This document shows, piece by piece, positions 61,085 to 64,000 of a stretch of DNA of 64,000 nucleotides; positions within the stretch are counted from its first letter, which is position 1, and the number at the start of each line of letters is the position of its first letter. The notes beneath the pieces were generated by a model, which saw only the letters and a program-made list of their open reading frames with translations, made no database searches and had not been told where the DNA came from. A program made the translations under genes and the position numbers. Source of the stretch: a bacterium (GTDB taxonomy: Bacteria; DRYD01); contig JBCNVB010000025.1 of NCBI GenBank assembly GCA_039630415.1, forward strand, positions 87,673 to 151,672. Reading direction: 5' to 3'.

Positions 61085-63641
61085 GATGGGTAAATTTGTA
61101 ATAATTTTGTGGTTAGTATTATTTGTAATGCATAGAGTTTGGGGGTTTGGTTTTGAAACGATTATAGGTGGTAACCCACCTATGATAGGTACGTATGAAG
61201 CCAAATTTGTGGATCTAAAATTGCCTGATCAAATTCTAAATAAGATCTATAATGAGCTTATTGTGGATTTGAAATACAAAGAAGCTATTGATGTTCTTGT
61301 GCAGATGGAAGATGGATATTCTAAATCTGCCTATGCTTCTGAATACTACATGTTACTTGGGTACTGCTATTTTAATGAGGGAAATTTTGATGAGGCTTAC
61401 AAGGTCCTTAATTTAAGTATAGATATTAATCCTTCAAATTATATTTCCTTGTATTTACTTGGTAATCTGTACTTTATTAGGGGTGACAATAAAAAAGCAA
61501 TTGAGTATCTTGAGAATAGTATAAAAATTAAGCCAACATTTGTTATAGCCAGGAGAGTGCTTGCTCAGATATACATAGATCTGAAGGAATATTCAGATGG
61601 AATTAGACATTACCAGGAAATAGTTAATTATTTACCTACTTCGGGGTATTATCTTTACCAATTATATATGGCTTATTATAGAGCTGGTAGATATAAGGAA
61701 GCTTTAGAGGTTGTTAATAAGCTCATATCTTTACAGCCTGAGTTATTCATAAATTACTCGCGGTTGGCGGATTTGTATATAAAGCTTGGTGAGTATCAAA
61801 AAGCACAGGATGTTTGTCAAAAATTATTGAATTATCCAGACAATTCAATCAAAGCAGAGGGATATTATTATTTAGCCAGCATTAGTCTTACAAAGAAAGA
61901 TTTATCAAAGGCTAGAGAATTTATAAATATTGCCTATAATCTAAAACCTGATTCAAGTAAAGAAATTTTGAAGTACAAAATAGAAGAAGCGATAAAAGAA
62001 CAAACTCGTAGTCTAATCCTAAAAGTAATCTTTTTACTCCTATTCATGCTAATTCTGACTCTAGTTATATTTAGCATATATACGTATAATACTCATAAGG
62101 AATTAGAAAAACTCAACAGGAGGATAGAAAAGGTTGTTGAGGAAGTTGATAATCTACATCATTTTTGCAATCTATTTATTGGATTCATATCTGAGATTTT
62201 AAAGAATACATTTGAATGCGGTATATTTTTTATAAACAATGTTTCAACATCTCAGTTATATGTAGTTTCTCATATTGGTCAAGCTTCTGAAGAGTTGTTA
62301 AAGACTAAAATAGTAGTAAGTGTTGATCCTAGAGAGATATTCAACAAGAAGATAATACAAAATGATATGATAGCAATTAAGGCTTTGCCTCCTAGAATAG
62401 TCTCTGCTATGGAGGAAATATTCCCTAGTTTTCTGGACAGAATAACAAAAGCTGGTATGAATTACATAATACCTCTAATAGATAAGCGCAACTTAAAGGG
62501 TATAATAGTGTTAAAGTTATCTAAGGAGATTGGATTTTGGGGTATTTTGGATGTTAATCAAAAGATAGGGAATTTGGTTTTCAAGATGTTGCCTTACCTA
62601 GATTCTTTTCTTTTTCATGAGACTGCTATAATTGATGAAACCACAGGTATATACAATAGGAGATATTTTGAAAACTCTTTACAAAATGAGCTTAAGAGAG
62701 CTGAAAGATACGGTTTATCAGTATCATTAATAGTTTGTGATTTGGATAATTTTAAAAAGATAAATGATACATTTGGTCATTTAAGTGGAGATAGGGTTTT
62801 AAAAGAGACGGCAAATATAATAAAGTCGAATTTAAGGGATGGTATAGATGTTGCTGCTCGTTGGGGAGGGGAAGAATTTGTTATACTTTTACCCTCAACT
62901 GATAAGAACTCTGCATATAAGATTGCTGAAAGGATTAGAGCTCAAATAAGTTCTCATAAATATCCATCTTTGCCGGAGAATTATGTATTAACAGCTAGTT
63001 TTGGTGTAGCTAGTTATCCTTCGGATGCTAAGGGTAAAGTAGAGTTATTCAAGAAGGCAGATGAAGCAGCTTACAAAGCTAAAAGGACGGGAAAAAACAA
63101 AGTTGTTATTGCGGGGGAATTGGAAAAAGAAGAGGGTTCAAAAGTAAGTGTGGATTCTTCTAGAGAACCAAGAATAGATTCTCTAACAAGCCTATATATT
63201 TATTCTGAATTTATGTTGGATACTGAAAAAGAAATAAAAAGGTCTAGGAGATATACTTTACCGCTTTCTATGATAGCTATAAAACCATTAATTTTACTGC
63301 AAACTAATGATAATGAAGTTATTGCTAACATAGCTTCTAAGATAGGTAAGGAAATAAGGGAAAATATTCGATTTGGTATTGATATAGCTACTTTTGATAA
63401 GGATAAGAGAATATTTTTGATTCTTCTTCCACATACTGATAAATCGAGAGCTGGTATAGTCGCTCAAAGATTATATACTAAATTGTCAGAGTATGGGACT
63501 GTTTTGGAATCTATTGTTTCCTTTCCTGAAGATGGATTATCAAGTAACTTGATGATAAGTAAGGTGCTGAAATTACTAGAAATAGCTAATCCACAAGAAC
63601 CTATTCAAACCCTGCATAGGTATGGATTGGAAGGATATTGA
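61074..63641 (+). CDS. membrane diguanylate cyclase: TPR - TM - GAF-like - GGDEF - degenerate GGDEF
   Basis: TPR repeats, TM helix, DETTGIYNRR, DLDNFKKINDTFGH..GD, RWGGEEF, second DSLTSLY domain without the GG[DE]EF motif. Confidence 0.9.
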   Translation: MKIKMGKFVIILWLVLFVMHRVWGFGFETIIGGNPPMIGTYEAKFVDLKLPDQILNKIYNELIVDLKYKEAIDVLVQMEDGYSKSAYASEYYMLLGYCYFNEGNFDEAYKVLNLSIDINPSNYISLYLLGNLYFIRGDNKKAIEYLENSIKIKPTFVIARRVLAQIYIDLKEYSDGIRHYQEIVNYLPTSGYYLYQLYMAYYRAGRYKEALEVVNKLISLQPELFINYSRLADLYIKLGEYQKAQDVCQKLLNYPDNSIKAEGYYYLASISLTKKDLSKAREFINIAYNLKPDSSKEILKYKIEEAIKEQTRSLILKVIFLLLFMLILTLVIFSIYTYNTHKELEKLNRRIEKVVEEVDNLHHFCNLFIGFISEILKNTFECGIFFINNVSTSQLYVVSHIGQASEELLKTKIVVSVDPREIFNKKIIQNDMIAIKALPPRIVSAMEEIFPSFLDRITKAGMNYIIPLIDKRNLKGIIVLKLSKEIGFWGILDVNQKIGNLVFKMLPYLDSFLFHETAIIDETTGIYNRRYFENSLQNELKRAERYGLSVSLIVCDLDNFKKINDTFGHLSGDRVLKETANIIKSNLRDGIDVAARWGGEEFVILLPSTDKNSAYKIAERIRAQISSHKYPSLPENYVLTASFGVASYPSDAKGKVELFKKADEAAYKAKRTGKNKVVIAGELEKEEGSKVSVDSSREPRIDSLTSLYIYSEFMLDTEKEIKRSRRYTLPLSMIAIKPLILLQTNDNEVIANIASKIGKEIRENIRFGIDIATFDKDKRIFLILLPHTDKSRAGIVAQRLYTKLSEYGTVLESIVSFPEDGLSSNLMISKVLKLLEIANPQEPIQTLHRYGLEGY

Positions 63642-63680
63642 AAATGTTGTTAAAAATATACAAATAAGGAGGTAAAAATA

Positions 63681-64000
63681 ATGAAACAAGGTAAAGTTTT
63701 ACTAAAGTACAAGCAAAATAATCAAGTAAAAGAAATCAAACAAATCATAAAGAAAAGAACCTATGAGTTAGTTATCTTGATTGATCCTAACACAACTCCA
63801 AAGGAAAAAGAGGAGATAATTCAAAAATATACCAATATTATTTCTCAAGAGGGAGAAATAATTTCCAAGAGTGTAATAGGTGATAGAGAACTTGCTTACC
63901 CTATAAAAAAATTAAATACTGCTTACTACGTAGTATTTAACTTCAAAGACTATCCAGAAAATGTAGAAAAATTGCATCAAACGCTTAGAAATGATGAAAA
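63681..64000 (+). CDS. rpsF: 30S ribosomal protein S6 (runs off the window)
   Basis: ATG 63681 after AGGAGG; RTYELVILIDP...GEI.....GDRELAYPIKK...AYY; ~24-aa N-terminal extension. Confidence 0.88.
   Translation, partial: MKQGKVLLKYKQNNQVKEIKQIIKKRTYELVILIDPNTTPKEKEEIIQKYTNIISQEGEIISKSVIGDRELAYPIKKLNTAYYVVFNFKDYPENVEKLHQTLRNDE

Noticed and set aside
1-64000. CRISPR arrays, rRNA, IS elements, dedicated defence islands
   Set aside because: No spaced repeats, rRNA-like tracts, transposase or cas motifs seen; intergenic gaps are mostly under 100 nt; the HD dNTPase-like gene sits in housekeeping context

Overview
AT-rich (roughly 30% GC by eye), densely packed chromosomal segment of a diderm bacterium (lpxD, lpxB-like, Skp-like and hldD genes), probably from a deep-branching, possibly thermophilic lineage (inference only). 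Positions 1-15.7 kb form a minus-strand run: accC, gyrA/parC, sugar ABC permease, mfd, prfB, SpoIID-domain protein and leuACD. After tRNA-Ser(TGA) the window is almost all plus-strand housekeeping genes in unusually scrambled order: pilB, accD, acnA, arsC, rlmD-like, holB, yebC, tsf, pyrH, rpsL, ftsX, envC-like, mutS, mrdA, lpxD, rny, hldD, a diguanylate cyclase and rpsF. The standout is a cluster at 25.0-37.2 kb of three paralogous ~1,100-aa 'giant pilins'. Each has a class III (type IV prepilin) signal and pilin-like domain, a variable linker, and a ~900-aa Asp-box beta-propeller-like region with conserved strands and hypervariable loops. One copy is split by a 1-nt deletion and two share an apparent gene-conversion tract. 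Also notable are a three-gene membrane module of unknown function (DUF6754-like), a very long Skp-like chaperone, a stand-alone I9 protease-inhibitor-like protein, complementary flanks around the tRNA, and short-range G/C-skew oscillation inside genes. No CRISPR array, rRNA, integrase, transposase or reverse transcriptase was seen. All family assignments are by motif recognition, not database search.
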